A stretch of 64,000 nucleotides of DNA from Hydrurus foetidus (Eukaryota). The notes below the pieces were generated by a model, which worked only from the letters and a program-made list of their open reading frames with translations, was not told where the DNA came from and did no database searches. Position 1 is the stretch's first letter. Each line of letters begins with the position of its first letter. A program made the translations under genes and the position numbers. Positions 50,993 to 60,117 of this stretch are shown one piece after another. The stretch spans positions 1 to 64,000 of the forward strand of contig UYFQ01000023.1 in NCBI GenBank assembly GCA_900617105.1, read 5' to 3'.

Positions 50993-52066
50993 ATGTACCT
51001 CGAACTCCAGCAGCTCAGCGCCCATTACCCCAACCGCCCTCGCCCTTCGGTCGATCAGGTGTCATTTGGCTTGCAGGCCGGGCAAATTGGTGTGCTGATT
51101 GGCCCCTCGGGCTGCGGCAAAACCACGCTGTTGCGGGCTGTGGCGGGACTGGAAGCCGTCAGCGGAGGGCGTATCGCGCTGGACGGTGTGACCGTCAGCA
51201 CCCCACAAGCGTCTTTGCCGCCAGAAAACCGACGCATCGGCATGGTGTTCCAAGATTACGCGCTGTTTCCGCACTTGGACGTGGGGCAAAACGTGGGTTT
51301 TGGCATCCACCACTGGCCCACGGCCAAGCGCCGCGCCCGTGTCGGCGAGGTGCTGGATTTGGTCGGCTTGGGCGATATCCGCCGTCACCATCCCCATGAA
51401 CTTTCAGGCGGTCAGCAGCAGCGCGTGGCGCTGGCCCGTGCTCTGGCACCGCAGCCGCAACTGCTGCTGCTCGACGAGCCGTTTTCTAATCTGGACGTTG
51501 ACTTGCGCGAACGCTTGGCCCATGAGGTGCGCAGCATCTTGAAAGCCGCCGGTGCCACGGCGTTATTTGTGACCCACGACCAGCTGGAAGCCTTTGCCAT
51601 TGGCGACGTGATCGGTGTGATGCACGAAGGCCATTTGCACCAGTGGGCCGATGCCTACACGCTCTACCACCGCCCAGCCACACGCTTTGTGGCGGATTTC
51701 ATTGGCCACGGCGTGTTCACCCAGGCGCAAGTGGCTGTACACGCAGAAAACGGCACCGTCCACAAGCACGTCGTCACCCCGTTAGGTGAGCTGCATGACA
51801 TCAGCGTGGCGGAGCTGGCTCGGCTGCCGGTGGGCCAGTGCGATGTGCTGCTGCGGGCTGACGACATCGTGCATGACGATACCTCGCCGGTGCTGGCGCA
51901 AATTGTGCGAAAAGCCTTCCGGGGCAATGAGTTTCTCTACACCCTCAAGCTCAAGACCGGTGAAACCGTGATGGCCCATGTGCCCAGCCACCACGACCAT
52001 AAGCTGGGTGAGTGGATAGGCATCCGCCCTGAGGTAGACCATGTGGTGACGTTTCCTTCGGCGTAG
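50993..52066 (+). CDS. Fe3+ ABC transporter ATP-binding protein (FbpC-like)
   Basis: [29 protein letters not shown]. Confidence 0.9.
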   Translation: MYLELQQLSAHYPNRPRPSVDQVSFGLQAGQIGVLIGPSGCGKTTLLRAVAGLEAVSGGRIALDGVTVSTPQASLPPENRRIGMVFQDYALFPHLDVGQNVGFGIHHWPTAKRRARVGEVLDLVGLGDIRRHHPHELSGGQQQRVALARALAPQPQLLLLDEPFSNLDVDLRERLAHEVRSILKAAGATALFVTHDQLEAFAIGDVIGVMHEGHLHQWADAYTLYHRPATRFVADFIGHGVFTQAQVAVHAENGTVHKHVVTPLGELHDISVAELARLPVGQCDVLLRADDIVHDDTSPVLAQIVRKAFRGNEFLYTLKLKTGETVMAHVPSHHDHKLGEWIGIRPEVDHVVTFPSA

Positions 52067-52122
52067 GCATTCGGCGTAATCCCCTGTCTCTTAACCCCTG
52101 TCAATACGGTATGCTGCCCGCC

Positions 52123-53862
52123 ATGCACACTGAAAACTTCATTCCCGGCAAAGATGCCTCGCTCGAATCCACCATCAACACCATGCAGGCCAAGCTCCAG
52201 GCACGCGGGTTTCACATCGAGGAGCGCAGTTGGTTGAACCCCGTGGATGGCATCTGGTCGGTGCATATCCGTGACCGCGATTGCCCGCTGCTGTTCACCA
52301 ACGGCAAAGGTGCCACCCGCTTGGCCTGCTTGGCCAGCGCCTTGGGCGAGTTTTTTGAACGCCTCTCGACCAACTATTTCTGGACACACTATTACCTTGG
52401 CCCCGAGATCGCTGAGCGTGAGTATGTGCATTACCCGCAAGAGAAGTGGTTCCAGCCCAATGAGGATGGCAGCTGGCCAGCGGATTTGCTGAACGATGAT
52501 TTGCACAAGTTCTACAACCCAGAGAGCAACATCGACGCGAGCAATTTGATCGAGTTCAACTCGGGCAACGCAGACCGTGGCATTTGTGCCATCCCCTACA
52601 CCCGCCAGCGCGATGGCACGGTAGCCTACATCCCCGTCAACATCATTGGCAACCTGTACGTCAGCAACGGCATGTCGGCGGGCAACACCCAGGCCGAAGC
52701 CCGCACGCAGGCGCTTTCCGAAATTTTTGAGCGCAACATCAAAGGCCGCATCATCAGCGAAGGCCTGTGCTTGCCCGATGTGCCCGATGCCGTGATCGCC
52801 CGCTACCCGCGCATTGCCGCCGGTATCAAAGGCTTGCGCGATGCCGGTTTTGGCATTCTGGTGAAAGACGCTTCGCTGGGCGGCAAGTACCCGGTGATGA
52901 ACGTCACCCTGCTGAACCCCCACGACCAAGGCTGCTTTGCCAGCTTTGGCGCACACCCCCGGTTTGAAGTGGCTCTGGAACGCGCCCTCACCGAATTGCT
53001 GCAAGGCCGCGCTTTGGACGCGCTTGGCGGCTTCCCGCCTCCTGGCTTTGACCTCGAAGAAACGGCCAGCTCGACCAACATCGAAATCCATTTCGTGGAT
53101 TCCAGTGGTGTTATCCATTGGAAATTTTTGGGCGATGAGCCTGATTTCCCGTTTGCAGACTGGAACTTCAGCACCACCACCGCCGAAGATTACGCCTGGG
53201 CGGTTGACCGCTTGCACAAAGACGGCAGCGACATCTACATCGCCGATTTCACCCACCTGGGCGTTTACGCCTGCCGGATTTTGGTGCCCGGCAAGTCTGA
53301 GATTTACCCCGTTGACGACCTCGATTTCGAGAACAACAGCGTGGGCAACGCCATCCGCGAAGCCATTTTGAACCTGCCTGATCTGGACGACGAAGAGTGC
53401 TCAGACCTGCTGGACACCTTGAACGAATCCGCCCTGGCTGACCAACGCCCAGTCGCCGCCGTGATTGGCATGGCCGCCGATGCCGGTTCGTTCTGGAGCG
53501 ATTTGCGCGTGGGGGAACTCAAAACACTGTTGGCCCTGGCCATCGGAGACGAAGCCGCCACGCTGGAAGGCTGCGAGTGGATCAAGCATTTTGACCAGCT
53601 CAACCCCCAGCGCCGCAGCGTCTACGCCTGCATCGAAACCATCATCAACTTGGCCGACATCGGCGACAGCGGGCCTTACATGGACGCGCTGCGCCAGTTG
53701 TACGGTGCCGGTGCTGTAGAACAGGCCCACGCGCTCATCATGCAGACCGACAGGTTCATGGGCATCTCAGCCCCCGGCTTGATGCTGGAAGGCTGTGAGA
53801 TGCACCAAAAGCTGCTGCAAGCGTATGACAAGGTGCATGCGCGGATTGGCTTTTCGTCCTGA
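52123..53862 (+). CDS. ycaO: YcaO-family protein
   Basis: IPGKDASLE, TNGKG, SALGEFFER, SNGMSAGN, LERALTELLQGR. Confidence 0.9.
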   Translation: MHTENFIPGKDASLESTINTMQAKLQARGFHIEERSWLNPVDGIWSVHIRDRDCPLLFTNGKGATRLACLASALGEFFERLSTNYFWTHYYLGPEIAEREYVHYPQEKWFQPNEDGSWPADLLNDDLHKFYNPESNIDASNLIEFNSGNADRGICAIPYTRQRDGTVAYIPVNIIGNLYVSNGMSAGNTQAEARTQALSEIFERNIKGRIISEGLCLPDVPDAVIARYPRIAAGIKGLRDAGFGILVKDASLGGKYPVMNVTLLNPHDQGCFASFGAHPRFEVALERALTELLQGRALDALGGFPPPGFDLEETASSTNIEIHFVDSSGVIHWKFLGDEPDFPFADWNFSTTTAEDYAWAVDRLHKDGSDIYIADFTHLGVYACRILVPGKSEIYPVDDLDFENNSVGNAIREAILNLPDLDDEECSDLLDTLNESALADQRPVAAVIGMAADAGSFWSDLRVGELKTLLALAIGDEAATLEGCEWIKHFDQLNPQRRSVYACIETIINLADIGDSGPYMDALRQLYGAGAVEQAHALIMQTDRFMGISAPGLMLEGCEMHQKLLQAYDKVHARIGFSS

Positions 53863-53892
53863 TTTTTATACGGGCTTTTATACGGATTTTCT

Positions 53893-55044
53893 ATGTTGCG
53901 CAGACAGTTTTTGAACAGCTTGCCACCTCTCATGGCTTTGGGCACAGCCGCTACGGTGGGCTTCCCGGTGGCGGCACAAAACGGACGTGAGGGCGAGTTC
54001 TACAGCTTTGCCAGTACGGCAGCCATGACGGGCCCACTGGCCAGCTTTGGCACGGGCATGAAGCAAGGTGTGGATGCGGCCTTTGCGCAAGCCAATGCAC
54101 GCGGCGGTGTCAATGGCCGCAAATTGCGCTTTGATGTGCTGGACGATGCTTATGTGCCTGCCCGCAGCGTAGAAAACATCAAAAAAATCTTGGTCGATGC
54201 CGATGTACTGGGCCTTATCAGCTGTGTAGGCACGCCCAATAACGCCGCGATTAACCCACTGATTGAATCCACCTCACTGGTTCATTTGGCGCCCATGACC
54301 GGCGCCACCAGCTTGCGGCGGCCCGATTCACGCAATGTGTTCCATGTGCGCGCCAGCTACAAAGATGAAACCCGGCGCTTGATCCAAAATTTGGTCGGCA
54401 TGGGCATTCGCAACTTGGCCATCGTGTACCTTGACAACGCTTATGGCAAAGAGGTGTTGGGCGATGTCACACTGGCACTGGAAGAAGCGGGCATCAAAAC
54501 CGTGGCACAAGTGGCCCTGGCGACCGATGGTAAAAACGTCGATGCCGTCGTGGCCAACGTGTTGGCCGCAAAACCTGCGGCGGTGCTGCTCGGTACGGCG
54601 GGTGCTGCCACAACTGGCGTTGTCGCGGCCCTGCGCAAGGGCTCAAGCCTGATTCCGATTGCCGGGATCAGCCCCGCACTGACGCCAGAAGGCATCAAGC
54701 AATTGGGTGAATCCGCCAAGGGCATTGCCCTCACGATGGTCTTCCCTGACCCCGCACGTGCCAAATCTCAACTCGTGCGTGAATACCAAACCTCCATGAA
54801 GAGCCATGGCAGTGATAACTTCACGCCAGCCGGGCTTGAAGGCTACGTCAGCGGACGTGTCATGGTGGAGGCTTTGCAGCGCGGTGGCAAAGACACCAAC
54901 CGCGACAAAATTCGTATCGCCATTGCCGGTATTCGCAATTTCGATCTGGGTGGTTTTGTCATTGACTACGCCAGCAAACCCTATGTGGGCTCCAAGTTTG
55001 TTGATTTGGGTATTTTGTCCGCCGACGGACGTATGCGCGGCTAA
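53893..55044 (+). CDS. Branched-chain-amino-acid-type periplasmic binding protein with twin-Arg signal
   Basis: MLRRQFL; GGVNGRKL..LDDAY; VFHVRASY. Confidence 0.85.
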   Translation: MLRRQFLNSLPPLMALGTAATVGFPVAAQNGREGEFYSFASTAAMTGPLASFGTGMKQGVDAAFAQANARGGVNGRKLRFDVLDDAYVPARSVENIKKILVDADVLGLISCVGTPNNAAINPLIESTSLVHLAPMTGATSLRRPDSRNVFHVRASYKDETRRLIQNLVGMGIRNLAIVYLDNAYGKEVLGDVTLALEEAGIKTVAQVALATDGKNVDAVVANVLAAKPAAVLLGTAGAATTGVVAALRKGSSLIPIAGISPALTPEGIKQLGESAKGIALTMVFPDPARAKSQLVREYQTSMKSHGSDNFTPAGLEGYVSGRVMVEALQRGGKDTNRDKIRIAIAGIRNFDLGGFVIDYASKPYVGSKFVDLGILSADGRMRG

Positions 55045-55056
55045 GCTACTCACAGG

Positions 55057-55563
55057 ATGAAAAGCCTGCGATCCGTGCTACGTGGCCTGTTCACGGTACT
55101 GCTGGCACTGCTTTTACTCTTTGAAGAGTGGGGCTGGGAGCCGCTGGCACGGGCACTGACCCGACTGGCCAAGTTACCGCTGTGGGCCAAGCTGGAAAAC
55201 CGCATAAAAGGCCTGTCACGTTGGGCTGCTTTGCTGGTGTTTGGTATCCCTGTGGTGGCGCTGCTGCCTATCAAACTGCTGGCGATTTACCTGTTCAGCA
55301 GCGGGCACAAGCTGCTGGGTTTGGTTCTACTGCTAGGGGCCAAGCTGCTGGGCACCGCCATCGTCGCCCGCCTGTTCCAACTGACCCAGCCTGCGCTGAT
55401 GCAGTTTGAACTGTTCGCTCGCTGGTATCCACGCTGGAAAGATTGGAAAGATTGTGTTATCACCCAAATCCGCGCTTCTGCGGTGTGGCGGCTGGGGCGA
55501 AACACCAAAGCACGGGTTCATCGTCTGAAAAAACAGGTGCGTGCGTGGTGGAAGTCAACGTAA
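55057..55563 (+). CDS. Conserved hypothetical membrane protein
   Basis: CAGGA RBS; LLFEEWGWEPL and three hydrophobic segments. Confidence 0.7.
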   Translation: MKSLRSVLRGLFTVLLALLLLFEEWGWEPLARALTRLAKLPLWAKLENRIKGLSRWAALLVFGIPVVALLPIKLLAIYLFSSGHKLLGLVLLLGAKLLGTAIVARLFQLTQPALMQFELFARWYPRWKDWKDCVITQIRASAVWRLGRNTKARVHRLKKQVRAWWKST

Positions 55564-55702
55564 CTGCTTTTGTCCAGGCAACCTGCTTACTGACTTCAAT
55601 TACCCAGTAGAAACCCTCCCGAACTGTTCGTGCCGTCGAGGTTACGATAGTGGATTAAAAGAACGGTCGTTCTATTTTTCAAAGCTTCACGGAGAAGGCA
55701 CC

Positions 55703-57325
55703 ATGAAATCACATTATTTACTGACCGCTGTAGCGGCAGCCTCATTGCTGGCCGCGTGCGGCGGTGGCAGTTCATCGGGCAACCTGGGTACGGTGGACAA
55801 CAGTGCAAACCCCGCACGCGGTGCCCTTTTGCAAAATCCACCACCCCGCATCACCTCGCTCACGGCCGCTGACTTGACAACCAGCCTCAAAGCCAGCACT
55901 ACCGGCCAAGGCCTGTTGGCGGTGGCCGGTACGCCCACCTGCGGTGTGGATGTGCAGTACATCAAATACGGCACTGTCGGTGGTGCTGGCGAAGCCACCG
56001 ATGCCTCTGGCGTGCTGATGACCCCCTCGGGTGCTGCCGGTTGCACCGGTGCCCGCCCTGTGGTGCTGTACGCCCATGGCACCACCATCACAAAAAGCTA
56101 CAACCTCGCCAACCTGAGCGACAGCACCAACGCCGCCTACGGCGAAGCCATTTTGATTGCCGCCATGTACGCGGCACAAGGCTTCATCGTGGTAGCCCCC
56201 AACTATGCAGGCTACGACAGCTCCAAGCTCAGCTACACGCCGTACCTGAATGCCGATCAATCGTCCAAAGACATGATGGACGCATTGACCGCTGCCCGCA
56301 AAGCCCTGCCCGGCCTGCTGCAACCCGTGCAAGACAGCGGCAAACTGTTCATCACCGGCTACTCGCAAGGCGGCCACGTTGCCATGGCCACGCACAAAGC
56401 CATGCAAGCGGCGGGGCAAACCGTCACCGCAAGCGCACCGATGTCTGGCCCTTACGCTTTATCCGCCTTTGCCGACGCTATTTTTTACGGCAATGTGAAC
56501 CTAGGCTCCACCCTGTTTTCGCCCTTGCAAGTCAACAGCTACCAAAAAGCGTATGGCAATATCTACAGCAGCCTGACGGACATTTACGAACCAGCTTACG
56601 CCACCGGCATCGATACCTTGCTGCCCACCGACACGCCTTACGCCACCCTGCTGACACAAGGCAAGTTACCGCAAACCGCCCTGTTCAGCAGCACACCACC
56701 CACGGCCCCCGCAGGCGCACCGGCGGTACTGCAAGCAACGCTCAACGCGGTAACACCGCCCACCACGCCCGCAGCACAGGCTCCTTTGTTCGCCCTTGGC
56801 TTTGGTGCCAGCAATTTGATAACAAACAAAGCCCGCCTCGGCTATTTGCTGGACGCTATCGCCAACCCTGATGGTGCAGTGCCCACTGTCACTACCGGTG
56901 CTCAAGCGACTACCCCAGCTAACACTTTGCGTATCGCCGCCAAGAAAAACGACTTGCGCAACTGGACACCCAACCGCCCCTTGCTGTTGTGCGGTGGTGT
57001 CAATGACCCTACCGTGTTCTACAGCGTCAACACCCAGCTGATGCAAGGTTTCTGGACTTCGCCCTCCCCCGCCGCGCCTGCTGCGGGTCTGCTACAAGTG
57101 CTGAATGTGGATTCCACCCCAACCAGCGCCAGCGACCCGTTTGCCGCCGCCAAAGTAGGCTTTAAGCAAGCAGTGACCGCCACCGCCACCGCAGCTGTGA
57201 CAGCAGGTGCAAAAGACAGTGGTGCTGCCGCTGTCACCCAGGCTTACCACGGCGGACTGGTGCCACCTTTCTGCAATGCCGCAGCACGTGGTTTCTTCCA
57301 GCAAGTGCTGGCAGCGAACCTGTAA
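55703..57325 (+). CDS. Secreted lipase/esterase lipoprotein (alpha/beta hydrolase)
   Basis: GGAGAAGG RBS; lipobox LAAC; YAHGT, APNYAGY, GYSQGG, DPTV, YHG. Confidence 0.85.
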   Translation: MKSHYLLTAVAAASLLAACGGGSSSGNLGTVDNSANPARGALLQNPPPRITSLTAADLTTSLKASTTGQGLLAVAGTPTCGVDVQYIKYGTVGGAGEATDASGVLMTPSGAAGCTGARPVVLYAHGTTITKSYNLANLSDSTNAAYGEAILIAAMYAAQGFIVVAPNYAGYDSSKLSYTPYLNADQSSKDMMDALTAARKALPGLLQPVQDSGKLFITGYSQGGHVAMATHKAMQAAGQTVTASAPMSGPYALSAFADAIFYGNVNLGSTLFSPLQVNSYQKAYGNIYSSLTDIYEPAYATGIDTLLPTDTPYATLLTQGKLPQTALFSSTPPTAPAGAPAVLQATLNAVTPPTTPAAQAPLFALGFGASNLITNKARLGYLLDAIANPDGAVPTVTTGAQATTPANTLRIAAKKNDLRNWTPNRPLLLCGGVNDPTVFYSVNTQLMQGFWTSPSPAAPAAGLLQVLNVDSTPTSASDPFAAAKVGFKQAVTATATAAVTAGAKDSGAAAVTQAYHGGLVPPFCNAAARGFFQQVLAANL

Positions 57326-57354
57326 CTCTGAAAAACCAACCAGGAGCATTAACC

Positions 57355-58056
57355 ATGAAAACTCAACACCTGTTGGCCATTTCTACGGTGGTGGGCGCAT
57401 TCGCAGCCCTCACCAGCAGCGCCGTGCTGGCACAGCAAAACACCTTCAAACTGGGCTATGCGCAAGTGCTACCCAATTCCAGTTCCAGTGATGTGTCAGG
57501 CCCATTCACACCATCCGGTCTCAGTTTGGAAGTTCGCAACAAATCCACGCCGATATTTGGTTTTGTGCGCCAAATCAACGACACCTGGGATGTGGAATTC
57601 GCACTCGGTGCTCCCCCTACCCACGATGTCGGTCTCAAGGTCAACAACGCGGCACTGCCAGGCAGTGCGCAAGCCCTGAACGGCCAAGTCGGTGCCCGCG
57701 TGCGTCAAGTAGCCCCCACGCTGTTTGCAAATTACAAGTTTCTGGACAAAAGCAGCGCATGGCGGCCCTTCATCGGCGTGGGTATCAACTACACCAAGTT
57801 TGACAAAGCCGACTCGATGGCTGCCGGCAACACGCTGAACGGGGGAGCCACATCGCTGTCACTGGAAGACTCCATAGGCTTGGCCTTGCAAGCAGGTGTG
57901 ACTTACCGCATCGACAACCAATGGTCTCTGTCAGCATCGGTCGCCACAGCGCAAGTCAAAACCAAGCTGACCACCAACACCTACGGCATCCAGCGCACCG
58001 CAGACATCACTTTCAAACCCACGGTGTTTGCGCTGTCGGTGGGGTATTCGTTCTGA
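57355..58056 (+). CDS. ompW: OmpW-family outer membrane protein
   Basis: Signal peptide; APTLFANY, RPFIGVGINYT, terminal VGYSF. Confidence 0.88.
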   Translation: MKTQHLLAISTVVGAFAALTSSAVLAQQNTFKLGYAQVLPNSSSSDVSGPFTPSGLSLEVRNKSTPIFGFVRQINDTWDVEFALGAPPTHDVGLKVNNAALPGSAQALNGQVGARVRQVAPTLFANYKFLDKSSAWRPFIGVGINYTKFDKADSMAAGNTLNGGATSLSLEDSIGLALQAGVTYRIDNQWSLSASVATAQVKTKLTTNTYGIQRTADITFKPTVFALSVGYSF

Positions 58057-58083
58057 GTGTTTTGAATTAGCGCCCCCTTAAGC

Positions 58084-58117
58084 AAAAAGGCCTGGAGTTC
58101 AAATCCAGGCCTTTTTT
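58084..58117. terminator. Bidirectional intrinsic terminator
   Basis: AAAAAGGCCTGGA-gttcaaa-TCCAGGCCTTTTTT. Confidence 0.9.
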
Positions 58118-58171
58118 ACGTTCAATCCAACCACTTACGCGCATTGCGCTACTGTTAAATCTGGGTCCACT

Positions 58172-58900
58172 TTAGTCCCGCCCTGCTTCAATAATTTTTT
58201 CAACCAACAACTTCGGGTTGCTGAAACAAATTTCATGGCTTCCCGTGCATTCCACCAGACGAAACAGCCCCAAACGCTCGGACAAACGGGGATGCCACGG
58301 CATGCTGTGTGGCATGGCGGTGTCTTGCTGGGCGTTGAGGTAGCTTTTGCCAATTTGCAGGGCCGCCAAGGGGGAAGCCAGCCTGATAGCCTCGGTGAAC
58401 GTGTTGTACGGTTGTGGGTTCAGCAGCGCAAAGGTGCTTGCCGCTAATTCAGCATCCGCATCGTTGATAAAGCCTTCTCGCCAAATCGGGTATGGCAGCA
58501 TCACCGCATGACCGTTAGCAGCAGCAATGCTGTCGAACAAGGCTCTGTAGTGCGGCGGTACCATGTCGTTCAGACACTCGCCATCAAGTGGTACAAACGC
58601 ATTGTGGTAGACCAAACGGGCCAAGCGCTGAGGCACCGCATTGGCTGCAAAGCTGATGGCCATGCCACCATAGCTGTGCCCTACCAAGCGCACGTTGCGC
58701 AAGTCATGCTCATTCAAAAAATCAACCAGCGATTGGCCCGCTTGCGTCAAACCGATGGTCGCACGGTCATCGCCAGGGCGGTTTCCTGCCAGCGTGGGGC
58801 AATGGACGGTGTGACCCATCGCACGAAGGTATTCGGCCACAGGCTCCATCAACGCGCCGGTATGCCATGCCCCGTGAACCAAAACGTAGGTATCTGCCAT
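58172..58900 (-). CDS. Alpha/beta hydrolase (methylesterase/salicylate esterase-like)
   Basis: VLVHGAWH, GHSYGG, GSHE; CAGGAGA RBS. Confidence 0.87.
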   Translation of the reverse strand: MADTYVLVHGAWHTGALMEPVAEYLRAMGHTVHCPTLAGNRPGDDRATIGLTQAGQSLVDFLNEHDLRNVRLVGHSYGGMAISFAANAVPQRLARLVYHNAFVPLDGECLNDMVPPHYRALFDSIAAANGHAVMLPYPIWREGFINDADAELAASTFALLNPQPYNTFTEAIRLASPLAALQIGKSYLNAQQDTAMPHSMPWHPRLSERLGLFRLVECTGSHEICFSNPKLLVEKIIEAGRD

Positions 58901-59040
58901 GAGTGTCTCCTGATAACAGCGGCCCTGCCGATAAGCAAGGCTCTGAGGAGGAGATTACGGGCTCTCAATCTGCACAATGGCGCATACAGGACAAGGCAAT
59001 GGCCGATAACCGCCATGCCGGCAACATCACCCCTACCCCG

Positions 59041-60021
59041 TTAGCCGAGGCGTTCCTTGCGCCAACGCGCTGGTGTCGTCCCTATCGCCCGCTGAAATTC
59101 ACGGACAAAGTGGGAAGCATCAGCATAACCACAGCGGCAGCCTACTTCGGCGATGCTCACCAGAGTCAATCGGGGTTGTGCTAACAAACTGACAGCACGC
59201 GCCATGCGGTGACGGCGCAGCGTGCTTGCAAATGTGGTGTGCTGCGTGGCATAACTGCGGTGCAAAGTACGCACCGATACACCAAGCTCCTGCGCGACAG
59301 CGTCAGCCGCCAACCCAGCGCAATCAAGCTGGGCCAGCAAAACCGACTCTGCACGCTCAACAATACTCTTGTTTGCTGCAGACTTAGCCACAGCGACAAC
59401 AGGCTCCAAAGCCGCTGCCAGCGTGGCCCCCAACTGATCTGACAACAGGGCTTGTGGATAGGCTAAGGCCAGCGCAGGATCACCGCCCAATTGCAGGCAC
59501 AACGCGGAGAGAGATTGACCCCAACCTCGATCACGAAACACAACACGCGGTGCAGCAGCATCCAAATGGGTGAGCCATTGACCAACCCAGGCCCGTGACA
59601 TTTGCACTGACAGGCAAGCCACATCTTGGGGGAAATGGAGTTCATAAGCATGGGCTGAGTCCACCAGCACCGCATCGCCGGGCCGCAGTTGTGCGAGGTG
59701 CCCGCCTTGACGCACATGCCAAGTGCTGTGCAACTGGGTAATCAGGTAAAACGGATGCTGCTGACCCCGCGCAATGCCACTTGGTGTGCGGTAGACATCC
59801 TGGGTTGAGGCAATGACTTGATTGAACGTGAGGGACGCCATCCCCACACTGGTCAAAGCGCCCTCAAAGGCAAAGCCATCTCGGGAGCTGCAATCCATTT
59901 CTAAAAAAGCTTCACAAATTGCACCTACCCAGTAATCAAGGCGACGCTCAGCACCCACCGATTGGGTAGACCAAGTACGTACCCATGGCGAAGGTTCAGC
60001 GGAAATTGCGGCCTTGTGCAT
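59041..60021 (-). CDS. AraC-family regulator (FeaR-like N-terminal domain)
   Basis: WSTQSV..RRLDYW; VSVRTLHR; CGYADASHFVREF. Confidence 0.87.
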   Translation of the reverse strand: MHKAAISAEPSPWVRTWSTQSVGAERRLDYWVGAICEAFLEMDCSSRDGFAFEGALTSVGMASLTFNQVIASTQDVYRTPSGIARGQQHPFYLITQLHSTWHVRQGGHLAQLRPGDAVLVDSAHAYELHFPQDVACLSVQMSRAWVGQWLTHLDAAAPRVVFRDRGWGQSLSALCLQLGGDPALALAYPQALLSDQLGATLAAALEPVVAVAKSAANKSIVERAESVLLAQLDCAGLAADAVAQELGVSVRTLHRSYATQHTTFASTLRRHRMARAVSLLAQPRLTLVSIAEVGCRCGYADASHFVREFQRAIGTTPARWRKERLG

Positions 60022-60117
60022 AGGCCGCAATTTACCGTGTGTACTGCGAAGTTGACAAGCGGGTCAACCGCAAGTGGGGCAAGGTGCGAAGTTTGAACTT
60101 CGGCCTTAACGTGAAAG

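Noticed and set aside
51937..53256. 439-aa minus-strand ORF
   Set aside because: Antisense shadow of ycaO
52123..53862. YcaO as part of a RiPP biosynthetic cluster
   Set aside because: No precursor peptide, E1-like or TfuA partner, or dehydrogenase nearby; looks like the stand-alone type
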